Origin: a virus
Direction: 5' to 3' (one strand)
IMG/VR virus record: IMGVR_UViG_3300031669_000016
Coordinates: 11,175 to 75,174 of that record
Length of the DNA stretch: 64,000 nt
Shown: in pieces, positions 46,677-57,178 of the stretch
How positions within the stretch are numbered: the stretch's first letter is position 1
How the letters are laid out: every line of letters begins with the position of its first letter
Made by a program: the position numbers and the translations under genes
The notes under the pieces: generated by a model
What the model was told of the DNA's origin: nothing
Database searches by the model: none
What the model saw: only the letters and a program-made list of their open reading frames with translations

Positions 46677-48299
46677 CTATCCACTCCTTGTACTCAGCGC
46701 TGCGATATGCAAACCGGGCTGTTGAAGCTCTTCGCGCAACCGCTCCTTGGACCGGAGCCATTTGACCAGCTCGGGATCGGTGGTTGTGACTTCGGATGTG
46801 ACGTGGTGGATGTGGAAGACTCCGGCGGGGTGGGACGTATACATGGCAAGCCGTGCCGCGGCATGTTCGGTGAAATAGCGGCCGCGATCCGCAAAGTCGA
46901 GGATGAGGCAGTGCGCCTTGCCGGGCCAGGCCGTCATCGCCCGGAATCGCTGCATGCATTTCACTGAACTCTTCCCACCCGCCGCGATGACGACGGCGTC
47001 GAGACTTGGGATATCGAGTCCTTCCTGGCCCAGGGTTGTGACCAAACAGAGGATCCGCTTCTCCTGCAAATCATCCCATACGGTCTGACGTAGACGCGGC
47101 TCCACGGAATAGTTGCCCGACGCGGTCATGCAGCGGTGTGGGACCTCGGCTGTTTTCAACCAGTTGTCTAAGATGCGGAGCTGGCTGATCTGGTCAGTCA
47201 TTACCATAACGCTGAGGTTGCGGTTGACACAGTAGGAGCAGAAGCGTGTGATCGCGGCGTTACGCACCGGATTGCGTAAGATGTAGTCGACTTCACGCTC
47301 CTTGTAACTCGTGGTGCGCCGATAGCTCTTAGTCGGCATGTGGACCCAATAGATGTGAGCCGGAACGAGCCGGTGCTGTGTGATCATGGCGTGGTAGCTG
47401 ATCTCGTAGATCACGGGGCCGACCGCGCCTTCCATTACGAGATCGCGCTCGTCATCTCGCCAGGGTGTGCCAGAGAGCGCGATTGTCCAGACCCGCGATT
47501 TGCACTGTTTGAGCACTTCGAGGTAGCTCGGTGCCGCGGCGTGGTGTGCCTCGTCCACTACAACAACCTTTGTGGTGCGGAGCAGTTCGGCGACGCGTTC
47601 GCGTTGCTCTGTTGGCAGCTCGCCTTCTACGATGTCATCGGCTGGGGGTTTGTAGTCCTGGCCCAGCGCAGCACACGCGGTCTGAATCGTCATCACAACG
47701 ATGTTGCCGGGCTCGAACTCGCCATCATAGGCGTGGCCGATAGGGAAATCTGTGCCGAAGTACTGCTCGAACTTCGTTACCGTACCGCGCGGCGGCTGTG
47801 CGATATCGAGTCGGTCGTTGAGGAATACAACAGGCCAGACATTGATCTGGCGGATTGCCTCGGCCGCGATAATGGTCTTCCCCGATCGAGGCGGCGCGCT
47901 GATCATGCCGCGGGGCAGTTGTGGACGTTGCTCTCGCAACGCGAGGATGTGCTGCACAGCCTCGACCTGTTCGGGGATAAGAGGATGTGGGAAGTAGGAT
48001 TGTGGGGGTGTAGCCGCAACGATGAGTGTGGGCAACTTGCTGATGAGTTCGACGATGTAGCCGCGTTCTTCTAGGATGTGTCGGACCCGTGCGGTCAGTC
48101 CGGTTGGGTAGGTGCCGCGTTCGGTGAGGAGACGGGCACGGCCATCCCAACGGCCTTCCGAGGCGGCATGGGTATAGAACGCGCCGGGTACATCGTAGGA
48201 CAGCGCCTCGATCAGTTGGGTTTGTGTATCCGAATCGAGCGATCCGAAGTTCTCGATTTTGGAGCGGACCGCGTCAGTTGTGATCTGGGCAGTGGCCAC
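46677..48299 (-). CDS. Superfamily 2 helicase (UvsW/Rad25-like)
   Basis: PPRSGKT, DEAHH, SGTP, EGLDIP and QR motifs. Confidence 0.92.
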   Translation of the reverse strand: MATAQITTDAVRSKIENFGSLDSDTQTQLIEALSYDVPGAFYTHAASEGRWDGRARLLTERGTYPTGLTARVRHILEERGYIVELISKLPTLIVAATPPQSYFPHPLIPEQVEAVQHILALREQRPQLPRGMISAPPRSGKTIIAAEAIRQINVWPVVFLNDRLDIAQPPRGTVTKFEQYFGTDFPIGHAYDGEFEPGNIVVMTIQTACAALGQDYKPPADDIVEGELPTEQRERVAELLRTTKVVVVDEAHHAAAPSYLEVLKQCKSRVWTIALSGTPWRDDERDLVMEGAVGPVIYEISYHAMITQHRLVPAHIYWVHMPTKSYRRTTSYKEREVDYILRNPVRNAAITRFCSYCVNRNLSVMVMTDQISQLRILDNWLKTAEVPHRCMTASGNYSVEPRLRQTVWDDLQEKRILCLVTTLGQEGLDIPSLDAVVIAAGGKSSVKCMQRFRAMTAWPGKAHCLILDFADRGRYFTEHAAARLAMYTSHPAGVFHIHHVTSEVTTTDPELVKWLRSKERLREELQQPGLHIAALSTRSG

Positions 48300-49029
48300 T
48301 GTTACCCCGAACTCGCTTCAGGTCTCCACACAGACCATTGCGGTTGTGTATGCAGCCATAATAGGTACATCTATCGGGTGATGTGTCAGTTGGATCACCT
48401 ACGAGGATTGGGGCGTCTTTTACACCGCTCGTGAAGCATGTGGGGGCACCTAGTATGGTATTGAGACTGTCCCCATCGGCGTTGTGACCTTCCAGCTTCT
48501 TTCGTAGCTCCGCGTGCCTGTCGAGGATTTCGCGTTGGGCCTTTACTGCATCCGCAAACGGACAGATCCAATCGCGCTCACAGTCTGGGCAATTCTGTGA
48601 TTGGGATTGCGTCTGACACCTAAGTCGATTCTGATCTATCTCATAGGCAAGTTGGCCCTTCACAAAACCCGCCAATCTCTCCGCGTTTTCCCATGTCAGC
48701 GTCGCCTGCTCCTCCGCCGCCTCGGCCTTCTCGACTTGCTTCTCCCACAGGCCAATCCAAACGCGTAGAACATAATGGGGCACCATCGCCGCGGCCGCAG
48801 ATCGTACCCGCTGGAGTTCAGCCTCTGCCGCCTCGGCGCGCGCTGCCAGTTCGAGTAGGTCTGGGAGGGGCATGGCCCCGAGTGACTGCATATATTTGGG
48901 GAATCTGTTTTCCCTCTGAGCGCGGAATCCATCTTGAGCGTTATATAACGCTGTTGGGGGCAGTACCCATACACCGTATCCGTCGATATACAAAGACGAC
49001 CAATCCTTTGAGATCGGACACTTACTCAC
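48274..49029 (-). CDS. Hypothetical protein
   Basis: 251-aa ORF with GGAGG RBS. Confidence 0.5.
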   Translation of the reverse strand: MSKCPISKDWSSLYIDGYGVWVLPPTALYNAQDGFRAQRENRFPKYMQSLGAMPLPDLLELAARAEAAEAELQRVRSAAAAMVPHYVLRVWIGLWEKQVEKAEAAEEQATLTWENAERLAGFVKGQLAYEIDQNRLRCQTQSQSQNCPDCERDWICPFADAVKAQREILDRHAELRKKLEGHNADGDSLNTILGAPTCFTSGVKDAPILVGDPTDTSPDRCTYYGCIHNRNGLCGDLKRVRGNSGHCPDHN

Positions 49030-49486
49030 TACCCACCTCCTGTCTTAGGACTTCAAGGCCTTTGGATGCAAAGGTGAGTGATGCCACAGCCTCACCATAT
49101 GAACACCAAGCGCAAGGTCTGCCGACTAGATGATCAAGCGCGTAACTGACATGCCTCGCCAACTCGAACTGGCGATCCTCCTGGCGTCCGTGCCAGTTGC
49201 GTTGCGTCACATACCAGGCGTGTGCGAGATGGTCCACCACCTTCCCCACATCCACCCCACGCTCCGCCGCGTCGACGCGGGCGCGTAAAGCTTGCAGGTT
49301 ACGGCTACGGCGCGCTCGGTTGCGCTGTCGGTTCTTCTCGGCGTGTATAGCGACATGACACCTTCGGCAAAGGCAAACCCCGTTTTCCGCCCTATTATCC
49401 TGAGCATTTCCATTCCGGTGGTGGTACTCCAGTTCGCGCCGTCGCCCGCAGACCACACAAGCCCGCATGTCAACCTCACTCATCAC
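49022..49486 (-). CDS. HNH-domain protein
   Basis: CVVC...HH..GN..DN...N...LCRRCH. Confidence 0.8.
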   Translation of the reverse strand: MMSEVDMRACVVCGRRRELEYHHRNGNAQDNRAENGVCLCRRCHVAIHAEKNRQRNRARRSRNLQALRARVDAAERGVDVGKVVDHLAHAWYVTQRNWHGRQEDRQFELARHVSYALDHLVGRPCAWCSYGEAVASLTFASKGLEVLRQEVGSE

Positions 49487-49983
49487 TCGCTCCTCCCCGC
49501 CACGGGCACCAGCTCGGCATAGGCGTAGTCCAGTAGGAGTAGGGCATCGGCGTGATCATGGTTGATGATCTCGATTTCGGGGTGTCGGCGCTGCGCCTCA
49601 GCCACCATCTCGGGTTTGCCTGCATTACCCCGCCCAGTCGCCCACTTCTTTAGCGTAGCGATCGGTACGGGCACGCACTCACCGCCGTACTCGGCGACAA
49701 ACTCCTGGACCTTACCTGACAAATTGAACGCGATGTTGGCGGCATCCGATGATCGCTGCTGGCCCACAATGGGCTGTTCGTAGACGATTATATCGAAGCA
49801 GTTACCTTGCCCGAGCAGTCGGTCCTGACACAGCTCTTGGATCCACTTGCGGAATCGTATCCAGCGCATGCCGGGCGACTCGCCGTGTCTCAGCTCGAAC
49901 TTCTGGACCCCTGACTCGCTCCCCCACGGGGCCTTACAGGCATATCCCGTAGTGATTGCTAGATCAAGTGCGAGGATGTACAT
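49483..49983 (-). CDS. RuvC-like Holliday junction resolvase
   Basis: ILALDLA...TG, IVYE, LKKWATG.GNA.K and HADA motifs. Confidence 0.85.
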   Translation of the reverse strand: MYILALDLAITTGYACKAPWGSESGVQKFELRHGESPGMRWIRFRKWIQELCQDRLLGQGNCFDIIVYEQPIVGQQRSSDAANIAFNLSGKVQEFVAEYGGECVPVPIATLKKWATGRGNAGKPEMVAEAQRRHPEIEIINHDHADALLLLDYAYAELVPVAGRSE

Positions 49984-49987
49984 ATCT

Positions 49988-50209
49988 CTAGCCACCGCCC
50001 ACCTCGGGCTTGTCACAATGGTAGACGATGTGCCTTGACACCTCGAACTCCTTCTCGCATTCCCCACACTCATGTGTCTGTGGCTCCTCGGTCAGGTCCA
50101 CCGGGTAGTCGCAGGTGTCCATGTTCACATACCCGCAGTGCGGGCAGGTGATGTAGTCCAGCCCGAGCGTCTTACCATCCAGTAGCTTCACCAGATCATC
50201 AAAGGTCAT
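49988..50209 (-). CDS. Zinc-ribbon protein
   Basis: CPHC...CGEC. Confidence 0.65.
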   Translation of the reverse strand: MTFDDLVKLLDGKTLGLDYITCPHCGYVNMDTCDYPVDLTEEPQTHECGECEKEFEVSRHIVYHCDKPEVGGG

Positions 50210-50240
50210 TACTCACCTCTTCACGGCCCGGAATCCACGC

Positions 50241-50320
50241 TTGAGCCGGGCGTTCTCTCGTTTGAGGTCTTGAATCTTGAGCTGGGCGTTCTCTTGTTTG
50301 AGGTCTTGAATCTTGAGCTG
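50241..50320. repeat. 36-bp in-frame tandem duplication (about 2.2 copies) in the small ORF 50213-50467
   Basis: TTGAGCYGGGCGTTCTCTYGTTTGAGGTCTTGAATC twice; encodes QLKIQDLK twice. Confidence 0.85.
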
Positions 50321-50470
50321 ATCGCGGATCTGGCAGGCTCGTAGGCGCTCACACTCCTCGCGCCAGTATGTGGTGTATCGCCACGGAGCCATCTTCCAAC
50401 CCCACCAACAGACGATTTTACGTCCCCATCTGAAGCCGAGTAGGAATCGTTCAATCCGTCGGGCCATTGC

Positions 50471-50782
50471 TCACCCTTCTCGCTCGGACTTGAACCGTGG
50501 GCATGTGTGCGGGCACTGTTCGTAGGACCAAGCAACACATGTCCATTGCGCATCATCGCAGTTCTCGATGACTACTGGCTCGATCACATCGTTTGGGACT
50601 GCAACACAGCGCTCAAGCTGGACCCAACACTTCAGATATTCAGGTATGTCGGCTGGATTCGTGTACCGCAACACAGGCCACCCCAACCGTTTAGCTTCCT
50701 TCGCGCTGTGTGCCACGACGAGAATCTGCCAGTCCGCGTTTTGGTGGGGCAGCATCCGATAGAGGTGCAAGCTGTTACTCAT
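50471..50782 (-). CDS. Hypothetical protein
   Basis: Coupled ORF with RBS. Confidence 0.5.
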   Translation of the reverse strand: MSNSLHLYRMLPHQNADWQILVVAHSAKEAKRLGWPVLRYTNPADIPEYLKCWVQLERCVAVPNDVIEPVVIENCDDAQWTCVAWSYEQCPHTCPRFKSEREG

Positions 50783-51128
50783 CGCTCACCCCTCGCTCCG
50801 TCTGGTATGGATGGCCCGCCCAATCTCGCCTACCACTCCACTTCGGGTTGAAGCTCCCGTCCGGCATCCGTATCAAGACCTGGGCGAACCTAGACCAGGA
50901 ATGCCAGTAGAACTGAATCTCACAAGCATTTTCGTCGTCGTAGAACTCCATGCAGACAGACCAGAGCAAGTCTAGATCCTTGGCATCGCAGGCGATCTGC
51001 ACCAACATTTCGTGTTCGCATGAACAGGTCGTGTTGAATCCGCGGTTGCGTAGGTGGCGCACAAAGCCACGAACCCCAGGCTCAATCTGCTCGTACCAAG
51101 TATTTTCTGCCGCAGTCAACTTACCCAT
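50775..51128 (-). CDS. Hypothetical protein (TT.SC.H motif)
   Basis: IEPGVR..VR.LRN.GF.T..SC pattern. Confidence 0.55.
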   Translation of the reverse strand: MGKLTAAENTWYEQIEPGVRGFVRHLRNRGFNTTCSCEHEMLVQIACDAKDLDLLWSVCMEFYDDENACEIQFYWHSWSRFAQVLIRMPDGSFNPKWSGRRDWAGHPYQTERGVSDE

Positions 51129-51129
51129 A

Positions 51130-51798
51130 TCACACCTGCTGCTCTAAGCGTCGGAACGCACGCCACGCCCACTCATCGCTTTGTTCCGGGCCTTGGTGTC
51201 CGAGCTTGACCATCTGGATCGGAACTGGGGTTACGCGCTGCCGCCACCACTGGTAGCGGATGTTGTAGAGCTGCCGGATGCGACCCTGGAACTCTTCGGT
51301 GTCGTAACGGTTGCGTTTCTCTTCCCGACCAGGCAGGCAGAAGTCGCGCGTAACGATCAGTACGCAGTCGGGAACGACGAACCAGCGATTGTGCTGGAGT
51401 AAGAAGTCTAGGGGCAGTCCGATGGCTTCGCCGTAGACAATAGGACTGAGCCACCACCGATCAACCACGATGTCTTGGCCGCTTTGCAGCGTGTCGACCA
51501 GCCGTTGCTGTGTTTCTCGATACGCAATAGCCATGGCGTACTGTATGATTGCGGGTTCGCGTAGGCACGTGTCAGATCGGAGCAGGGCATCAATGAACGT
51601 CTTTGTCTCGTCGCGTGCACCCTGATCGTAGCGCCAGTATGGTATGCCGAGGCGTGTGGCGAGGTGTGATGCAATTGTGGACTTACCGACGCGATCCGGT
51701 CCCTCAATGGCGAAGAGGCGACCAGGACCGGGCGCGCGCTCGAACGGAATACCCTCGATCCCGATGATGTTCTCGATGCCTTGGCGTATCGGTTTCAT
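51130..51798 (-). CDS. tmk: Thymidylate kinase
   Basis: IEGPDRVGKST and DRW..S.IVY motifs. Confidence 0.88.
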   Translation of the reverse strand: MKPIRQGIENIIGIEGIPFERAPGPGRLFAIEGPDRVGKSTIASHLATRLGIPYWRYDQGARDETKTFIDALLRSDTCLREPAIIQYAMAIAYRETQQRLVDTLQSGQDIVVDRWWLSPIVYGEAIGLPLDFLLQHNRWFVVPDCVLIVTRDFCLPGREEKRNRYDTEEFQGRIRQLYNIRYQWWRQRVTPVPIQMVKLGHQGPEQSDEWAWRAFRRLEQQV

Positions 51799-52228
51799 CG
51801 TTACCTCTTGGAGTCGGCCATGGCTGCTTCGGCCTGTTCCAATACAATCAGGGCAGAGTCCAGCTTGCCCCGGACGTATGCCAAGCGCCGCCGTGCCTTG
51901 GCATGGTTTCCGACAGCTAGTGTGTGGTCGGTAAGGATAGTTGAGAGGGTACTCGACGCGCTCTCAACGACTGTTCTTGTTGCCGATATCAACGGCCATG
52001 CTTCCTTGGTTAGGGACATCTTGTCCTCCAGTGTTTATGATAGCGGCTCCGGGATGGCCCAACACCTCTTGCGCCAGTGCCGAGGCTTCTGCACTGTCAC
52101 CTCTTTGCCACGCCGCCGCGATTGCACGCTTCAGTTTGAGGAAGCGCTCGTCATAGGCCACGGCAACGCCCGGCCCGAGATACACCGTTTCGCCGGCATC
52201 CAGCTTCTGCCAAGCCTGCGCGCCGATC

Positions 52229-53179
52229 CTATAGATCTTGCCCATCATCCATCCCCGGTACTTGTGTTTCACCCAACCTGTTCAGCTCTTCATCGTCGGG
52301 GGCGTAGTAGTGCAGCGTTGTCGTCGCGCTGCTGTGCCCCAGCCCTTTCTGAACCGTGCCCAACGGGATGCCGTTACTGATCTGCTGCGTCGCCCAGTAG
52401 CGGCGGAACATATGGGGCGTGAGCACGTCCATGCCGAGACTGTCGCGCAGCCGCTCAATGGCGCGGCGCACATAGCCGGGGGTCAGGGCATGGAGGCGGG
52501 GCTTGTATCGTATCGTTTCCGGCGCGATGTGTGCCCGACTTAGCGCGTGGTAGTAGCCGAGCAGGGGTGCTTCGCGCTCCGAATCCCAGCGCTTCTCTAA
52601 GTAGCGCAGCAGTGCATCGGCTAAGCCCTGCGGCACGGGAACATGCCGCTCCTTATCACCCTTACCGATGATGCTTAGATACCAACGCGCATCCTCGGCC
52701 TGATAGAAGTCGCGGCGTTCCAGCTTACAGACCTCGTCGATACGCGGCCCACAGCCAGCGAGTACACCTATTACTAAGGGCCAGGGATCGCCGAGGTGGT
52801 AGGCGGCTTGTAAGATGGCTTGGACTTGTCGGCGTCGAAGCGGCGGACTGGGTTCACGGTGTGAGGTCCGTCGTGCCAGCACCCTACTAATAGGCGAGTG
52901 GAGGCACCGCCCCAGCGCGATCTGGTGGTCGTAGTAGCCACGCAGCACCGCCAGTAAATGGTTCCAAGTCTTCGGCGAGATCTCGTCCTGGGTTTCCTGG
53001 CTCCATGCCGTAAGGTCGGCATAGGTAACGTCGTGGGGGTGCTTGGCGACACGGCCTAACCACTCGTCGAAGCGGCGCATCTGGGAGCGGTAGATCGTGA
53101 GGGTGTTGTCGGAGAGATTCCGAGCAACTAGGGCTTGTAGGTATTCCTCGATTGTGCGTTCCAGCATCGCTCTTCTCAC
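52229..53179 (-). CDS. Tyrosine recombinase (XerC/D-like)
   Basis: GPRIDE, GKGDKER, HMFRR and LGHS...TT..Y motifs. Confidence 0.92.
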   Translation of the reverse strand: MRRAMLERTIEEYLQALVARNLSDNTLTIYRSQMRRFDEWLGRVAKHPHDVTYADLTAWSQETQDEISPKTWNHLLAVLRGYYDHQIALGRCLHSPISRVLARRTSHREPSPPLRRRQVQAILQAAYHLGDPWPLVIGVLAGCGPRIDEVCKLERRDFYQAEDARWYLSIIGKGDKERHVPVPQGLADALLRYLEKRWDSEREAPLLGYYHALSRAHIAPETIRYKPRLHALTPGYVRRAIERLRDSLGMDVLTPHMFRRYWATQQISNGIPLGTVQKGLGHSSATTTLHYYAPDDEELNRLGETQVPGMDDGQDL

Positions 53180-53222
53180 CGACCAGGCGGCAAGCCGCGG
53201 GGTCGAGGCATTGGCTACTACT

Positions 53223-53251
53223 ATAGTAGCACGGCCCGCCTACTTTGTCAA
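53223..53251 (-). promoter_or_regulatory. Sigma70 promoter for the Xer-like recombinase operon
   Basis: TTGACA-17bp-TACTAT. Confidence 0.65.
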
Positions 53252-53740
53252 GTCGTAGATATAGCCGTAGACGTGAACATCCCACCATTTACCGTCATGT
53301 TGGACCGCGGAGCGAAGGGTGCCCTCGTGGACCGCGCCGGGGGTGTGGCGCTGGACGATGCGTAGGAAGTCGGTGTGGAACGCGGCGACCTCGAATGTGA
53401 AGCGGTGCGCGCCGAGTCGGTGGCCAGCGTCGACAATGTTTGTCCAGAGATCAGAGGTGACGCGGCCCTTAGCGTTGGTGCCGAGATAGAGTTTGAGGCT
53501 GTAGACGTAGGGCTGGTCCTCTTCGAACTCGGCGATGCCAACGCTTCGTATACCGAGCCGACTCCGCGATTCCACAATGAACCATGTCGTCGTTGGAAAC
53601 TGTCGTTCGAGCTGACGGACCAGCGCCGCTCCGGTCAACGGGCTGGTAGCTGGATCTCGCCAGCCATACATCGCACGTATCGTGTCGAGCAGATAGTACG
53701 CATCACGTGATTCAACTGGACGTAGCGTTGTCTCTCGCAT
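53240..53740 (-). CDS. GNAT (RimJ-like) acetyltransferase
   Basis: TLRPVE..D start and HEGTLR....DGKWWD..YG end. Confidence 0.7.
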   Translation of the reverse strand: MRETTLRPVESRDAYYLLDTIRAMYGWRDPATSPLTGAALVRQLERQFPTTTWFIVESRSRLGIRSVGIAEFEEDQPYVYSLKLYLGTNAKGRVTSDLWTNIVDAGHRLGAHRFTFEVAAFHTDFLRIVQRHTPGAVHEGTLRSAVQHDGKWWDVHVYGYIYDLTK

Positions 53741-53901
53741 AGTGATCTTCTCCCTTTACGATACCATGCTTAGATAGGCGCTAACACGCACTCCATAGTC
53801 GTGAAATGCTACACTGCCTAGACAATTTCGGATCAATGCTATAACGTAGGATGGTTCGTAGTGCCAGTATACGCTAAGTGCTTCTGTAATCTATGGTACG
53901 A

Positions 53902-53947
53902 CCTTCTAAGCAGCGGGTCGCAGGTTCGAATCCTGCCGGGCGTGCCA
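53902..53947 (+). mobile_element. attP core: 3' half of tRNA-Arg(TCT)
   Basis: CTTCTAA anticodon loop, GCAGG-TTCGAAT-CCTGC T-arm and CGGGCGTGCCA end; the 5' half is absent; adjacent to the integrase. Confidence 0.85.
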
Positions 53948-53990
53948 GAATCGCTCACATAGCTTCTCAGAGGCTCTGTGGGCGATTCTG
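53946..53990 (+). terminator. Hairpin following the tRNA fragment
   Basis: CAGAATCGCTCACA...TGTGGGCGATTCTG inverted repeat. Confidence 0.6.
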
Positions 53991-54020
53991 CTGTTACCGC
54001 ACAATCTGTTACAGCAGGTC

Positions 54021-54049
54021 TTGACTTCGATTTGTAACAGTGCTATGAT
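54021..54049 (+). promoter_or_regulatory. Integrase promoter with GTAACAG in its spacer
   Basis: TTGACT-17bp-TATGAT. Confidence 0.7.
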
Positions 54050-54073
54050 TTGCTACGCTGCCTAGGAGGATGT

Positions 54074-55222
54074 ATGCGAGCCGAACCGCGGCGCACCGCC
54101 GTTACGCTTGATGATCTCACCGCTTCGGTTGTGCCAGAACTGGTTGTCGAAACCACACCAAGTTGGGACCTGATGCTGGACCGTTACCTTCAGTGGCGAC
54201 AAGTCCAGGGCTTGTCGGCGGGGACGCGTCGGATCGATCAGCTCCAGTTGCAGCGGCTGGCTACATGGTGCGCCGCGCATGGCGTCACGACCGCTGTTAC
54301 ACGACAAGCTGTTGGTGACTACATCGTCGAACTTGATGGCAGGCTGTCCGCACGCGGCGTAAACATGGCGCTGCAGACCGCGCAGAGCTTTGGCGACTGG
54401 ATGATAGCGGAGGCGGTATGGACGACAAATCCGTTCCGTTCGATTCGGAAGCGACGCGAGCCGCGGCGCGGAGCGCCGGCAGGACTCAAACCACACGAAC
54501 TGTCCCAGCTGTTGGCCGCGCCAAACCGGGATAGGCCCGGTGGGCTGCGCGACTACCTCATGCTCTACATCGCCGCGTTCTGTGGACTGCGCATCGGCGA
54601 ACTTTGTTACCTCCGCGCCTCTGATCTGAATATGGCGGAGTGCTGGCTGCGTGTAGCCGCGGAAACCGCGAAGACCCGGACGGAGCGGCGGGTCTGGCTG
54701 CCACACAAAGAAGATAGACGCGGCCGCCACCTCCTTCCCGAGTTCGCCGAGCCGCTCGACCTCTGGCTTGCCTACCGTGCCCAGTATGATATCGACGATG
54801 ATGCTCCTCTCTTCGTCAACTGCTCTCGGCATCCGAACCACGCCGCGCCTGGTAGTGCGGTCGATACGGACGTGCTACGCATGAACCTGCGCCGCTATGC
54901 CACAAAGGCTGGACTCCCGCCGACGCGCTGCTCGCCCCACAAACTGAGACATACCGCGGGTTACCTGATGGGACGTGGCGGACTGACCGGACAGGTCATG
55001 CCACCGCAAGATATTATGCGTCAGCTCGGACATTGCACCCTCACCATGGCTATGCACTACGCTAAGGGCGACGAAGACGATGTACGCCGCAGCTTTGCCG
55101 CCGCTGCTGTTACCGGTACGGTCGACGTGCCGACGCGTCATCGGGTGCGTGTCGACTCGCCGCGTGGGATCCTGGCTCGACTTGAGCGCGCCGAGGAGCG
55201 CGTCGCCGAGCTGGAGCGGTAG
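54074..55222 (+). CDS. int: Tyrosine integrase
   Basis: GLRIGEL, AKT, HKLRH, LGH and HYA motifs; AGGAGG RBS; next to attP. Confidence 0.92.
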   Translation: MRAEPRRTAVTLDDLTASVVPELVVETTPSWDLMLDRYLQWRQVQGLSAGTRRIDQLQLQRLATWCAAHGVTTAVTRQAVGDYIVELDGRLSARGVNMALQTAQSFGDWMIAEAVWTTNPFRSIRKRREPRRGAPAGLKPHELSQLLAAPNRDRPGGLRDYLMLYIAAFCGLRIGELCYLRASDLNMAECWLRVAAETAKTRTERRVWLPHKEDRRGRHLLPEFAEPLDLWLAYRAQYDIDDDAPLFVNCSRHPNHAAPGSAVDTDVLRMNLRRYATKAGLPPTRCSPHKLRHTAGYLMGRGGLTGQVMPPQDIMRQLGHCTLTMAMHYAKGDEDDVRRSFAAAAVTGTVDVPTRHRVRVDSPRGILARLERAEERVAELER

Positions 55223-56112
55223 GGTGAGAACTCACCAATCATCGCCCCCCACGGAGCTTCACACCTGTTTCTCTCGCGTGATGCTGCCGACACCACTCTG
55301 ACGACCGGACTGTCTCACCAAGTATGGCGTAGTCGCCGCCGTACCAATACGTGCAGACACCCCACCCCGTTCGCTTCCCATGCCTAGATAAGCGAACCTT
55401 GAAGAAGTGGCAATCCCGACATGCCTGGGTTCTCACCTATCTGTTACCCTCCGCCGCCACACACTTGGGGCATCTACGGCGCGGCCAGCGTGTGATGCGC
55501 CACGCAGGCCGCCGCTTCCAGTTGTACGCCATTGACCTACCACAAGCCAGATGGAAGCGTTTGTCTCGATAAGTGGCTTTGTGCCAGATCCGCCCGCCAG
55601 TGAATGCCACATATAACTCCTGCCCCTCATAGGGTACGCAACGGTAGCATGTTACCACATCACTGAGGGCCGAGTTGACACCTCTGGGTATCCGTTTGCT
55701 CATCTGTTACCCCTGTGTTGCATACGTGAAAGACAAACCCTGTTGTGTTACGCCCCGCCTCACCAGGGGATTACAGCTCGCGGCAACCGATCAGAACGGC
55801 GGTGTCTCTGCGCGCCTTTCGCACAGCATCCAGGGTAGAAAACCGGGTTGAACCTGGCGCTCGCCGCGTCTGCTTGCCTGCTCTGAGCTGCACGATGAGG
55901 TGATAATCACCCTCCGCGCGCTGGTTGATCGCGATTCCCTGTACTTCTCGAAATGGTCTCTTTGCCATGGTTCCTCTCTCCTCTCGGGCTCTCGCCCTGT
56001 TACTCATTTCGCCCTCGTCTGTTACCCCCCGCGCTGCCCCCGACCCTGCCCGCTTGATTGGAGGGTAACACAAGGAGGTGGGGGCCAGGAGCAGCGCGCG
56101 GGGTAACTAATT

Positions 56113-56391
56113 CTACAGATCCTTGATAGGTGGTGGCATGGCTGGTTGGCGTGGTCGTCGGGTCCGGTAGAGCACACACCTCTGCGATAGGGGTTTCTCG
56201 CTGGCCACGGTAACGACATGCCGTTCGCCGGTTTCCTTGGTGCGCCTTAGTGCAGAGGCCTTGGCCTGGTCCCAGCTATTCGACACGCAACGCCAGCCAA
56301 GATCGCCGCGCCCTTCTTGGTGAACCTCATACCACGCCTCTCCGTATTCTCGTGATATCGTACCCGCAAGCACCTTCCTCTCTTCTCTCAT
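56113..56391 (-). CDS. Hypothetical protein
   Basis: Small accessory ORF with RBS. Confidence 0.45.
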   Translation of the reverse strand: MREERKVLAGTISREYGEAWYEVHQEGRGDLGWRCVSNSWDQAKASALRRTKETGERHVVTVASEKPLSQRCVLYRTRRPRQPAMPPPIKDL

Positions 56392-56427
56392 CTATCCTAT
56401 CCTATCCCCCACCCCACCACGGGAGAG

Positions 56428-56709
56428 CTACGCTGCAAACCGCGGCAGGAACCCGCCAGCAATACGGCCCGTTGTCCGGTCGATGTGCCGCTGGATGCCC
56501 TCGATATCGTGGTTGAAGTCGAACGGTTCCGATGCTAGCAGGGCGCTCAACTTCAGAGGGCAGCCGTTCCGGTGCGCGGCTGTAACGTCCATCGCGAATT
56601 GTGTGCGGTCGAACGGCGCGTCGTGTCTCGCGAAGATGGCCGCGGCCCGGTCCGTGATCTTAGCGATTAGCTTTGCGTCCTTCTTACTCACATCCCATCG
56701 GATCTCCAT
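56428..56709 (-). CDS. Conserved phage hypothetical protein
   Basis: MD..A.H...PLKL..LL....DF.HDI.GI.RH.DR.TG....F.PRFA pattern; GAGGAG RBS. Confidence 0.7.
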   Translation of the reverse strand: MEIRWDVSKKDAKLIAKITDRAAAIFARHDAPFDRTQFAMDVTAAHRNGCPLKLSALLASEPFDFNHDIEGIQRHIDRTTGRIAGGFLPRFAA

Positions 56710-56730
56710 GTCTCTCCTCGTTCTGTGTGT

Positions 56731-57000
56731 CAGTATAGCAGCTCGTCTGTTACATCCTTTTCGTCTGCATTCGAGGCGAGCGCGTTCTTGATTCTATCTA
56801 GGAGAACAGAGTTTGGTACTAGATAGGCGCATGCCCTACAGACAACATACATCTTAGAGGGCTCGATGGGATCAGGGATACCCACCATCGCAATCCGTAT
56901 TTTATCCTGTTTGCATAGACTGCAGATCATCAGTCCGCTCCTCAGGTTCTCGTCCTGTTACCCCTCTTCGGCGCGACCAGTATAGCAGCTCGTCTGTTAC
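56731..57000 (-). repeat. 23-bp direct repeat (56731-56753 and 56978-57000) containing GTAACAG and an extended -10 (TGCTATACT)
   Basis: CAGTATAGCAGCTCGTCTGTTAC occurs twice. Confidence 0.8.
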
Positions 57001-57178
57001 CTATCACGCAGGCTTTGAGAACAGGCGCGTAAAGTCTGCCCACTTCCCGCTTCCACGCGTGTTAGCGTAGACCCCTAGCCCCTCCCTTGCAAGTGTTGGG
57101 CACTGCGCAATCAACTCCCGCACCTGATCGGCGGTTAGGTCTGATACCTCCCCTCTATGGGGACCATCTGTTACCCTC

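Noticed and set aside
53870-53947. Complete tRNA-Arg gene
   Set aside because: The 5' acceptor strand, D-arm and 5' anticodon stem do not pair; only the 3' half is present, consistent with attP.
54177-54210. Partial similarity of spacer 28105-28137 to the integrase gene
   Set aside because: Requires gaps and only short blocks match.
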